DNA of 64,000 nucleotides from Haliotis rubra (Eukaryota): NCBI RefSeq assembly GCF_003918875.1, contig NW_025765914.1, positions 496,001 to 560,000 of the forward strand, read 5' to 3'. Shown piece by piece: positions 50,540 to 63,030 of this stretch (position 1 is its first letter; each line of letters starts with the position of its first letter). The notes under the pieces were generated by a model. It saw only the letters and a program-made list of their open reading frames with translations, ran no database searches and was not told where the DNA came from. The position numbers and the translations under genes were made by a program.

Positions 50540-51205
50540 TGTTACGGTTAAAAACTTGCCATGACAAAAGGTTTAAGAGTCCCCTTTGAACCAGCAAACT
50601 AGAACACAAACAAGTTTAAAATATTCAATAATATATTGAACAAACAATGAGAAAGCTACAATGAATCACAATACAGATTTTCTAGTACAATGCAATTGAG
50701 TCACAAATATAAAATATTTACTCACCGGAGTCTTGACATTTACAGTGAGAGCAGATATACGGAATGAAGCTTGTGTACAATGACATATGTTGAATATAGA
50801 CGAGCACGGTGAGTCTTGAAATGTAGGTCAAACGATGACGATGGCAGACAGATGTACACAAATCCAGTCATGTAATAAAGTCCCACCGCACAACGCAACA
50901 ACCAGCCTTTATATAGCTCTTAAACAGTTCTCAAAGCATTCTAGTAAAGATAGGCTGTATCATTATCCACTCAGAACTTTCACGAACTCTGTCGAACACA
51001 CCACATGATGAAAGCCGTAAATAAGATTGCCAAGGGTGGCAACTCTGAAGCGCTATCAAAAAGGCGTACCGCTAAAAATACTACTTCCATTGAACATACA
51101 TGATGCAAGATGTTAGCCGCTACCCACACTCAAAACTCTGTGACCCATAATAACTATCACTTAATCAATGATAATACAAATTACAAAAAACACACTCTCA
51201 TAACA
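50540..51205 (-). mobile_element. Solo LTR (probably Gypsy-type)
   Basis: TGTTA...TAACA termini, 4-bp TSD GTAC (50536-50539 and 51206-51209), TATATAAA on the minus strand near 50910. Confidence 0.72.
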
Positions 51206-51206
51206 G

Positions 51207-52111
51207 TACGAAAGGGCGTTCAAAACGTAGCCAGCCTCACCTAGAAAATGATACAAATGCAGCTGTTTATATGCTATATATTTTATGTTTTATGCCTACA
51301 TATTACCTGTCAACCTCAAGCAAATTAGTTTGCCTCCGGATCCCCATTTTGTTTGACTTTCTCTTTGGTACCCCCCAAAAAATAGCAAAATCTGCAATGA
51401 ATGCATCGCAAACTTCAGGAAACAAAATACGCAACGAACGGTTTGTGTATTTGAGAACGGCAGAAGTCCGCTTGAATATAAAAGTGCATAAAAAAGCAAC
51501 TTTGAAAGAACAATCGTTTGTTAAAGTGACTCCCCTTCATGTTTACTGAAAAAGCTTGTTTTTGGAGACACTACCCACCCTTTCAGATGACATAAATCAT
51601 AAGGACATAACTTATTCTAATGTTTTCTCTCATTCATACATGATGCCAAGAGTTCAAACTAAATACACAAGTGTCAGCCTTCAATATATTGTAAACAATG
51701 GCAGCTTGAATATGGACACAATGTTTTTGAAAGGTTAAAATGAGTGTGTCCTTATAAAAACAGGTCCCGTCTAAATATAAATCAAGCAATCCAAATCTTT
51801 GAATGTTGACTATGGCGGGCAGTCATCCAATACTCTACTGATACATGTATTTTATATGATATTATCTGAGGGCATACCGTTATCCAAGGGGTACGAAATG
51901 ACAGATCTTTTTTCATTTTGTGCAATATTAAGATCTGAAATATCATAACCCAATGTGTTGTGATGACTAATATCTCGTTAATCACACTACCCACATATGT
52001 TAAATTTGGATATGGCTTTGCTAATGATTCCTTCATAACAAAATGGAAGCATTTTGCACATTGGACATCGAGAGTATAGTTAGGCTGACTACTTGTTGAA
52101 CGCCCCTCGTG
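51207..52111. mobile_element. Non-autonomous mariner-like element
   Basis: Imperfect TIRs TACGAAAGGGCGTTCAAAACGTAGCCAGCCT / AGGCTGACTACTTGTTGAACGCCCCTCGTG; no ORF. Confidence 0.65.
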
Positions 52112-52269
52112 AAAATATGCACTCATCAGCCTGTATTGTTTGCCACAAAGGCCGGATGCAGGCCATGTGTTTCATGAACGTATTGTGCAATCGTTATTTA
52201 AGTTATGTGACTATTATGTTTCGCCTGAGATGATTGCCTCTGTAGGTCAAACTGCAAATTCACAGTCTC

Positions 52270-53120
52270 TTCAAAGCACCCCTGCAGACCCCTGCAAGGT
52301 CATAATCCTTTGTGACTTCAACGCCAGAGTGGGCCAATATTTTTGCAAGCCTGGAAAGGAGTACTTGCACGGAGCACGGAGTTGGAAACTGCAATGACAA
52401 AAGGCGTTTGCTGTTAGATGTCCAGAGTGATGCCCAGCGCAGAATGTCACACTGACCATCGTCTCGTCCGCTGCCAACTCAGGCTTCACTTCAAACCCAA
52501 AGAGAGGCCTCCAAAGAAAAAGTTCAAGCTCAGCAACCGCCAGTCAACTGAAGTGAAAGCTCACTCCAGGCAGATCTAGCTTGAGATACAAGCTTGAAGA
52601 TCCAAGTTGCCCCACAGATCCTGAAATACTGTGGGAACATCTGAAAACAGTCATCCCGCAGACATCTGAAGAAGTCCTCGGGTTCACCACAAAGAAGAAC
52701 AAAGACTGGTTTGGAGAAAACAACCAAGAGATTCAAGAATTTCTGGCGAAGGAGAGATCCGCTCACCAGGTCTACCAAGCACAACCATCTCGTCCCGAGA
52801 AGAAAGCTGCCATCCGTCTTGTATGCAGTAGCTTCCAGTGAAAGCTTCGAGAGATCCAGAAAGAGTGGTGGACCAACCTCACAGACAGAACCCAACTCTG
52901 CCCAGACATTGGCGATTACAGGGGGTTCTACGAAGTTATAAAGGCAGTGTACGACCCTATCTACCTACCAGGTCCAAAGCCACTTGCGCAGTTCAGATGG
53001 TCAGACGCTCCTCGCAGTCAAGGTTTCTATCCTCAGCCGCTGGTCGGAACACTTCCAAGCTATCTTTAGTGCTAATCGAGTGGTTCAGGACTCAGCAATT
53101 CTCGACATTCCTCGACAACA
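52270..53120 (+). mobile_element. RTE-clade LINE fragment (endonuclease-to-RT linker)
   Basis: KVIILCDFNARVG, TDHRLVRC, WEHLK...LGFTTKKNKDWFGENNQEI, RWSEHF motifs; frameshifted. Confidence 0.8.
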
Positions 53121-55307
53121 ATAAAAACTGTACTGGATTGGATACAGAGAAAACAGACCCCAGCGAAAACGGACCCCGGAAAAAATCGAGAAAACGGCCA
53201 CTGCGCTTTAGAGAACGGCCACCGAACCGAGAAAACGGACTCTGTGCCTAGACTGAGTTTGGTTTTACGCCGCCTCTGTGCCTACAGAAAACGGCCAACA
53301 TGATTGCACCAAGATCGAAGAAGATTATATAATTATATATATTCTAACTTATAATAATTAACTTAATGCGGATAAACTTTTAAAAATTGATTGATGATTT
53401 TTGTTTCGATATCCATAGCGTTAAACAACCTTCGAAGATTGATTGGCTGTTTCGATAGGATGAGCAAATCATTTGATTGATTGTAGATTTTACAGGTAAG
53501 ATTAGTTGATGATAGAGAGAAAAACGACTCAGGTCAATAAAAACCGATATCGACCTCTACAAGAGTCTATAATTGTTTTATTATATAATGAAAGAGAAAC
53601 GGGTTTTAACATAAACTTTTAATGCACACACTGTGCCATCTATCCGAGTGATCTGATTGGCTGAAAAGCGGGGGAAGCCCCTTCGTACGGGATTCCTTGT
53701 CTATTTTTAGTAACCCAAGTCAATATCGTAATTTATCAGAAAACTCAAGTCAATATCGTGTTTTGTAGTCAATCATGTGACGGTCTTTTGACCAATCGTG
53801 GTACAGGAAAAATACTACCTATATAATAATAAGGCAGTGTTTATATTGACGAACGGATTAATAGAATATTTAATTACATCAAATGTAAATAAAACAGTCT
53901 GTTTTAACTAATTCCAACTTTTGTTCTTGTAGTTCTTCCATAGTCCCTAGAGTATGGTGATCTACCTATAAATCTTGGTCTTGATAAGCCAGCCGGCGCC
54001 CGCTTATATCTCTTTAAGAAAAACATGAAATACTATTATTTGATGGACAGAGTTCTTATTTATTCTGTTTATTTCTTTAGTACACATATAACCATATTTA
54101 TTATCAATAACAACAAACTATGTAAGAAACATTATAGTATTATAATATATATATTTTTTCAGAGACAAACAAATGAAGAGTGGTTTGACGAGCATTCTGC
54201 GACAAACAGTATAATACATAAATGCAACTTGTAGATGTACAACCTAAAACTTTGCCATGACACACAAAGCAGAGGTTATTCGATATATGAATACATCTAT
54301 CCAAATTAATATTAATAGTGTTGTCGTTTCTTTTATCTTAACTAAACGATTCCTTTTGGCTATGAAATTACCTATGATTGTTTATTAAATCAGGTCAATG
54401 TGTTGGGCACAAATACGCCTCTTATTGGCCCTAGTCGCCCTAAAGTATAAAACCAACCAACCAACCAAGGAATTTAGATATAGGGACATTCGTGTGCGGA
54501 TACGTTTGAGAAGATGTGACTGACCGGATAAGCGAGGTTTGACTAATTGTACACGTTTGATATCGACAAACTCGTCTGGTTCAATTAGAAATAATATTCA
54601 CTCACTCATACATGCGAATTGCCTCCCTGCGTTTCCCAAAATCTAGGATCATAGTTCGAACCCAAGGTTATGTTTCTTGGTTTGCCTGAGAGAAAACAAA
54701 AACCAAAGATTCACGGAAGTGATAAATGTCCAAGATCTGCATTAGTTTGGGCTTTCATCATCACGTTGTCTCGACGTGATAGTACTTAACCAAACTCGCT
54801 TCTCTCTTCATTAACTCACATGACTAGCCAAGTCAGGTACTGTCATGGACCAGTGACACGTTGACACTAACACGTTGCGGCTTAGAGGGCAGAAGATGCA
54901 TGAGTTGTGACATACAAACTAGATTTGACATACACAAGGATGTGATAGTACCTTTATTAAATAGATTTAGTCAATTTCAACAGGAACAAGCAGCGTGAAA
55001 GAGCAAGGCGTATTGACAGAAACGGAATTAGAAGCTGCAGTTATGTGTAGTGTAATATATTTCTGTTAACATTTCTATAGGCGAGCCATGTCTTTTATGG
55101 TAAAAAATACTCGTTACATCATTACTTGTTCGGTTTTCTTCAAACGAAACCCCAAAATTCATAACATAATATCGATAAGGAAAGTCAGATTGTGTGCCAA
55201 GTGCGCGTATTCCACGTAGTTTCAACGGAGTTGATTTCCTTCCTGGTCGTTCCAAACGTGGAGATTCCATGGCCACCCGCTTGCACAGAAAGAGGCGAGA
55301 ACTGAAT

Positions 55308-55515
55308 CTAGCAGGATGCGTGGTCTCCCGGTAAACTAATACCTGCCAGGAGTCCCAAGAGGATGGCGTCTTCTGTGGAGCAATCAGGCATCTTCGCCAC
55401 AGCTTTTTGGAGGCAGGTAGGTACACTGATAAACATATAGGTTAGTTAGCAAAATTCTATTTCCTGTGTGATAATCTGGTATCTCATTTAAGGGTAAGTG
55501 ACAGGTAAACGTGAA

Positions 55516-55552
<37 letters not shown>

Positions 55553-55563
55553 TAGAGAGAGAT

Positions 55564-55604
<41 letters not shown>

Positions 55605-58600
55605 TGAATGAATACAATCACTACAGTGAGCAGTTACAGTGAGAGACTGACCATATTATTGCAGATTTATGACGAAATTAAGTAATCACTTTATATACTC
55701 AGGACAGAAACTTAATTGAAAAGTGACAATTATTTGCAATGCCACATGTAGCTGAGTAATTATTGTCACGTTGTTGTGGCAACGTGTACGTCATTTCAAA
55801 ATATGTCCTCCTTAAAAATGTTTGAAAGTCAAAATGTTTTGGTAAGTGGTGTAAACTTCACATTTAAACATAATGACTGGAAAACAAAACGTATTCTATA
55901 ACAATTGATTTCCGCAACGAAATAGTCTGTTTCCTTCAGAGTTTCCATGATTTTCATGTTATCACACTATTTGCTTTCTAAGTCATCATAAAACTGCTCG
56001 CCGAAACACTATAACCGCTGATTAAGAATGCGAATCGACTAAATTCATAATAACCAACTTCAGGCTGGCATAGAATCAGGAGTGTTTTCCGGCATGCCAT
56101 TCAATCCAAATTAATGCCGAGATCATCCTATGCCTGATTCTCGTACAGTCCGTCAACATTAATTTTCGCACCCAGGGTTTTGGGGATTTAATTCGACTGA
56201 GTATGTCTGTATCAGTTCTGATCAACTGCCATGAATGTACATGATAATGAATCAGGAAAATCACCGGGATTGCAAATTCAAGCACTGACTGATTATTTTC
56301 TGGTTTGGTAAAAGGATTCAAATAGTATATATCTGATAAGTATGAAATACATACTTAGGCGATTTCAAATTGCCAAAAGCGTGCGTTCCAAAAGTCAGGC
56401 TGACGGTAACTAAATAATTAAATATCTCATGCTAATTATTTCTAATTCTAATTCATGTCTTCTAGCCCCACTGCCATTCTAACTGTGCAGTTCTATTGTG
56501 TTTCACCATCCTAAGCCTCCAAACAATCCCGCGTTTTGCGTACAGCCAAAATGTATTATGTGCGTATGGACAAGCTGTTTTGTGATGAGGACGTAATGGG
56601 CTTCATTGATGATACCAATTTACCATTCTACCCCACCGCCCCTGTTTTGTGATGAGGACGTAATGGCATGATGATACCAATACCATTCTGTATGTCAATG
56701 CATACTGGTAGATAGTATGGAATAATATAAATTATTTACCACACATTATTCGAACGGCCAAGGCACTTAAGGAACGTTGGATGAAACTCCGAGCTAATCC
56801 AGCAATCCTTCCCCGCGACAAATGCTGAAAGTGACGAAGATGAAATGATTGGACAATTTATCGACGGACTGTTTGCGAGTGTCTATCATATCCACACATA
56901 CCTTCGATATAATCAGTATAATATATCTGACAATAACCAGTGAGAATATCTGTTGAGAATATCTGTTGAGAATATCATCTGCTGGGATCCCCACATCACC
57001 AAAATGAAAGTAAACAGACCTATGATTAAGCAAATAAATTCATAAATTATACTGATAATTAAAAGGGGTTGACAATGTTATTTTTCTAAACCAGTCAATC
57101 TCCTTATAGTGCATATAACCAGTGTCGTGTGGTTTTGCTTTACTTGAAAGAAGGGAGAGTTTATATAACCATTGCGAGCACAATTTCACATGACATGCAA
57201 GGTAAGCGATTTACAAAACCCTCTATACTCAATATCCCTTGACACCAAGGGAATCTATAGACCTATTGGCACATAATCACAGTATTAGACAAGAGTTCTC
57301 TTTCGTTAAAGAGAGATTAGTACATCATAAGTTTTATTATGTTTATCAAACTTCATGCGTCATACCTTGGCTGTTCTGGCAAATGAAATCCCACGACATC
57401 TGAGAGCTTCGTATGGCCTTATATAAGCCGTTGTCCCTACAGTGACTGAGAGAGTCAATGCAGTTCCAGCTTTCCTCCCGGATGTTTGACCTTACACAAA
57501 CAATCACCAATACAGAGTGAGTGAGGGAAGGAAGGAGGTAGGTGAGGAGGGAGTGAGTGATATTTCCCATTGTCAAATGCAGAAGACAACACATTTACCA
57601 ATACACGGCACCATTTAATATTGGAGTTACTTGTAACGCATTGACTCACGCATGAGTGAGTAAGTGAGTGAGTTTACTGTTACGCCGCACTCAGCAATAT
57701 TCCAGCTTTATTGCGGCGGTCTGTAAATAATCAAGTCTGGACCAGACAATCCAGTGATCAACAGCATGAGCATCAATCTGCGCAACTGGGAATCGATGAC
57801 CAAGTCAGCGAGCCTGACCACCCGATCCCGTTAGTCGCCTCTTACGACAAGCATGGGTTACTGAAGATCAATTCTAACCCGGACATTCACGGGTCCACTA
57901 ACTCATGTTACAGGAAAGATGATAAGTCACATTTACCTTTGCACCATTCGTTGTAAAGAAGCATTGTAAGATTACGCATTGGCCCATATAAATTGGAAGC
58001 TAACGAATTTGAAAAACGATTGAAAAGACTTGCAGTGAATTTAATTCACATGACATCGACGTGAATAGTCTGGAGGTAGACATAATGCCTAATTATGACA
58101 GTAAAACGTCTGTTGGATTTTATGATATCATTTCTAAGCTTTAATGAGATATCCACCATTTCGGAAAGCAATCATTACTTTTTTATCCAAATTTACTTCC
58201 ATCCACATTTATGACAAAATGCTCCTAATATGTACAACTGTCAAGTTTAGAAGAGTTGACTGAAGTAAGTGGCTACATTTACACTAGTGAGTCTAAACTT
58301 TTGATGGGTAGTGTATATGTGGAGCTGTCCGTATCACCAGTCATGATAAATTATATAACGAAACAAATCTTACCTCTTTGAATAAAAGGACATATTCTCA
58401 AAAGTTATTTATGTTCTATAAAATGGAAAACAATGTAGTGCCTCCTTATTTATCATCTCTCTTACAACATAAAGTATCTGATTCAACCACTTATACTTTA
58501 AGAAACCATGTAAACTTGCAAAGAATTAATTTTAGAACTAGTAACTATGCCACGTCATTCCTTCCTGACACATATCAGTATGTGGAATACTTTACCCTCA

Positions 58601-59964
58601 GACAGTACAAGCGTTCCATCCCTTGGCGAATTAAAAAAGAGAGCAATGTTACTCAAACAAATTACTTCGATCTTAACTACGGTTCACGATTCTGTCAAAT
58701 CAGTCACTCCCGCCTCCGACTTGGTTGCAGCGATCTCAACGCCGACATATTTAATATATGTATAGCTGAGAGACCAATGTGTAACTGTGGCTACCATGCT
58801 GAAGACAATCTGAATTATTTCTTTGTCTACCCCGACAAGATTTGTATTACTTTGAAAAAGGGTTTGATTTAAAATCTTTTCTTTATGGTCATTCCAGCTC
58901 AAACTTAAAAACGAATATGGAAATGTTGAAATCAGTGGGCAGTTTCATACTTTTATCAGGTAGATTTCCTGCTTTTGTAAAATAATAAGAAACACATAAC
59001 TCCATAATTTCGCAAAGATATGAAACATAATTACATGATTTTGCCATATACCTTTTAATATACTACCATAATTTGATTGACATGTGACTATAATTGCTAT
59101 ATTGATTACACTTGCCAACAACACTCACATGATTATTTTATGATGTCACCACAATTATATTTTCTTCTCTCTGTGTTGTACAGGAGAGGTGTTTGCATAA
59201 GCCCTGGGCTTGTAGACCGGTCCTCATTACTTGTTTTTCGAAATAAAATATGTTTAAACTACTTCAATAACATCGTTTACAAACATGCTACGGGTGTTAC
59301 TGTTTCTAGTTTAGTTACAAGTTCATTGATGAATAGGATAAATAAGAAGGGGGTCAACATACATCTTTGTCTAACACCACTAGATATCGTTTTGACACAA
59401 GCGCAATGGTAGTCATACACAATGATAAGTCACACAACTGAGAGCTTACTTACTCGCACGGTACAGCGAGCCTCCCATCAACAACAAGGCCTTCCAAACC
59501 CCCTGTGGCATGGAGAGGACTGAGGTTTTCCAGACAGGGATCGAGCTGCGCATAGCAAACATTTTCAACACCTACTGCAACGCTTGTCACGTTTACTATG
59601 TTCTCCTCACTATTTTGCCGGCGCTGTGCCTCATGTCCATCATTGGGAAACAGAGCTAGAGATAGAAATATAGCATTTTATTTAAAACCTGTTTTTAATA
59701 ACGAGGTTTTAGGTCATTACGCTTCGCATCCTCACTTTGATATTATGTTCGCCTGTTGTAATAGATACTTTGTGAGGAGGTCATTCATATTACTATAACC
59801 GTCTTAAAGGAGTATCTCAAGTCTATTGATTTCAGATTGTGGTCAGTCAGTAAATACATTGAGAAAACAATGAACTCGAGAATGTGAAACTTCTTAACAA
59901 AGTACTCACCAAATGAAAAACATATTGCTGGCAGATACAGAAGGAAGACAACTCGTCCAAACAT
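55308..59964 (-). CDS. G6: intact secreted 12-Cys protein, 194 aa, 5 exons
   Basis: Exons 59964-59910, 59655-59454, 57490-57366, 56824-56740 and 55425-55308 total 585 nt: MFGRVVFLLYLPAICFSFALFPNDGHEAQRRQNSEENIVNVTSVAVGVENVCYAQLDPCLENLSPLHATGGLEGLVVDGRLAVPCESNIREESWNCIDSLSHCRDNGLYKAIRSSQMSWDFICQNSQAFVAGKDCWISSEFHPTFLKCLGRSNNVCVPTCLQKAVAKMPDCSTEDAILLGLLAGISLPGDHASC*. Confidence 0.88.
55515..55600. repeat. (GA)n microsatellite in G6 intron 4
   Basis: Interrupted GA runs seen directly. Confidence 0.95.
57655..57896 (-). mobile_element. SINE family B in G6 intron 2
   Basis: Homologous to 27617-27860; (TCAC)n tail. Confidence 0.78.
58200..58950 (+). mobile_element. CR1/L2-type LINE 3' fragment in G6 intron 2
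   Basis: FYKM..PPYL, SFLP, HSRLRLGCSDLNAD..CNCG..ED..YFF motifs. Confidence 0.75.
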
Positions 59965-60590
59965 CGTCAGCGACATGTTCCCAGGAAATAGCTGGTGTGA
60001 GTTAAACATGAAACATATATAGCGGGTACTACTGGAAGTAATTGCTGTGATCAACGAAGTATAATAGTGAGTGACCTGGACAAATTCACCGCTTTGTTAG
60101 GTCGTTATCCTCAATTACATGTTTGAAGGTCAACACCTCCAAACCAGTAGTGGGCATTTCCACCATTACCACTTTAAAACATCTGCAGGCACGGGTATGG
60201 GTGTTATGCTGCTAAAGGGGCTAAAGGACTAGTGTGTGAAGTGATCAAAGGTTGGTGGTACGCTAATCTTGCGACACAGAACAAGGGGTGGGGTTTAGGC
60301 GAACTGACGGATCGTGGCAGCGAATCGCATGAATCAGTGAGTGGGTTGGGATCGAATTTTGCAGATGGGAGAAGTAGGTGGACGAGTAGATAGGAGCATT
60401 GTGTATACATGTAGCTGTAGACAGGAAACGTATGTGTGAAAATGTAGACATTGGAAGTGTGTGTAGTGTGTAGACAGGAGATGTGCCGTATATACGTATA
60501 GGCAGCAGCAGTGTGTATACATATTGGTGTAGACAGGAGCAGTATGTGTGTATGTGTAGACAAGAGAAGTGTGTACAAGGTGTAGACAGG

Positions 60591-60624
<34 letters not shown>

Positions 60625-60934
60625 ACAGGGGAAGTGTGGGTATGTGAAGACCGTGAATGTAGGCTATGTGTCTCATGAACGTTTCCTGTCATGTCCCCCT
60701 GAATTAAGTGACTGTTTCTGAAGATTGCATCGGTTGACAATTTAATTTTTTCGTCTTATTTTGGTATAAAATGTAGTTTGACGTAAGGTCACAGGAATCG
60801 CCTCCCTTGATCTGTATTGGCGATAGACAGGAGTAATTCCCCCTTCCTTGCACCGCACGTGTCGTTGTAGTTGGCGGCAGCCGTTTGCCCGCTTGGCAGA
60901 GTAGCAGGTTTGAATTTGAATTAAGTTATTTTTC

Positions 60935-63030
60935 ATGACGGAAAGTGTCCCTGATGTACGTCCGAAGAGGAATTCAGCGGGCAACAGGATGACAGATATT
61001 TTGGCGGCAGTAAAACAGTCCCCGGGGCCCGAATTGATAAAATCAGATGAGACACCGTCACATGGTGCTGTTGGTGGGTCGATTTTGAGTGAGGCTAATG
61101 AACTGAAAAAGGAATGTGACACTTTGGAGGCAGAACTACGCAAACTTAGACAAGAGAAAAAGAAGATGGATATCAAACGGGAAATTGAGGTTTTGAGGGG
61201 ACAATTGCACAACGAAAGTGTAGTACCTTCACCTAGAGGTCAGTACCAAGGTCGAATCGACGGTAACCAAAATGACGGCTATCACAACAAAGGTAAAGAT
61301 TTGGATTTCATGGATTATTTGTGGGTGGACTCACTTGATTCACAGAAACATACCATAAAGATTAGTGAGGGGTGTCAATCGATCTTGGTAAGAAAAAGAC
61401 TAAACTTGCTTGCGTTTCTTTGGATATGTTGGGTTTTGCCAATGTCGGAATGCTGCGTGAAATGATGAAGGCAGGGGAAGTGGTTCATGCTGACATCGAT
61501 GATTCCTTGAAGTATGTGCAGGACATATGTCGTTTCTCATCCAAGTACATGTGGACAAGTGTCCTATTGTCCGATCAAGAATATCGTGATAAGCGGAAGC
61601 AGGAGGGATTTAAGTGGGGAACGCCCTCACAAGAGACACGGGATTACCAACTCATACCCAGACCTAACTCCCAAACAGCTAAGGTAATGAGACAGATGGA
61701 GGCCGCTGTTTCCTCGACTAGCAAGGCACCTTTTCAAGGCAGACAACGTGGACCCTTTACGCCTGACGGCCAGGAAATATGCAGGCGCTACAACGGTGGA
61801 TTTTGTCGGGAAGCTACGTGTAGGATGGCACATGTCTGTTCCCTGTGTTCCAAGAGAGGACATACGTACAGACAACACTCAGATAATGTACAGGCTGTTG
61901 CAGACCCTCCTAGGCCTATTACCAGCAACCAGTCGGGGGACGAGTAAAAAAACCTGCAGAGTCCGACATTTTCAAGGATTCACTGAAGTATGAGGCCTGG
62001 GAACAACTTCTGCCAGAGCAGGACCAAGATAGAGATTTTATTCTAGAGGGTGTTCGAGATTGATTCCGTCTTAATTGACACAGAGGATGTTGTGCATTTG
62101 GTACAGCGTTGCTAAAAAATCATAGATCTGCATTTGAAAACAGAATGTTAACTGAAGATCAAATTTGTGAAGAAATTAATCTTGGACATTGCAAGGTTGT
62201 GTCAGAGAAGCCAGCTATTGTCAGTCCAATTGGTGCCATTATGAAATCATCTACGAAATATTCGTTTAATTCATGATGGGAGTTTTCCAGAAGGAGGAGG
62301 CATGAACAGTTATATGTTTAATTGTGAGTGCTCATATATGGACCTAAGGCATGCTTTGCAGTTTATAAAGAGAGGGTCCTATCTGGCAAAGGTTGATCTT
62401 TTAATTGCATACCGCTCAGTACGCATCCATCCTAGCAACTATACATTTACTGGTTTAAGCTGGAAGTTTGGTGTATCAGAGGAGACTGTGTATATGTGTG
62501 ATACAAGATTGCCATTCGGTGCTTCTAAAAGTCCAAAAATATTTCAAACACAGAGCAGCGCAGTGTGTCGGATTATGGAGAAGCGCTACAGTATAAAAGT
62601 TGTGGCATATTTAGATGATTTTTAGTCATAGCTGAGAGTGAGAAGGAGTGTGCTGAAGCTTTAAGCAATTCTGTTACAGGTGCTGAGACGATTATGATTT
62701 AACATTAACTGGAATAAAGTTGATGGACCCAATCAAGTTATCACATTTCTGGGTGTGTTGGTAGACACTACATCTTGTGTGCTAGCATTGTCAGCTGATA
62801 GACTTCAAGACATTAAGAAGCTGTTGTGTGGGTTTTTACAAAAGAAAAGAGCTGATAAAAAACAATTAGAATCATTGGTTGGAAAATTGAGCTGGGCCAG
62901 CATGGTGGTTCAGGGTGGTAGGACGCTCATGAGGCGTGGTATAGACGTGAAAAACAAGCTGAAGTCTAACAAAGATAAAGCCATACTGGATCCTTCGTTT
63001 AAAGAGGACTTGACTTGGTGGTGTTTTTAA
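60935..63030 (+). mobile_element. Decayed DIRS/Ngaro-like retrotransposon (gag-like ORF and RT), 3'-truncated
   Basis: Coiled-coil gag-like ORF with CRRYNGGFCREATCRMAHVCSLC..GH finger; RT motifs AKVDL..AYR, RLPFG..SP.IF, YLDDF, ITFLG, LVGKLSWAS; stops and frameshifts; no recombinase seen. Confidence 0.8.

Noticed and set aside
49092-50609. 505-aa and 304-aa His/Thr/Pro-rich ORFs
   Set aside because: Translation of a stop-poor minisatellite; the unit length is not a fixed multiple of 3 and the frames drift.
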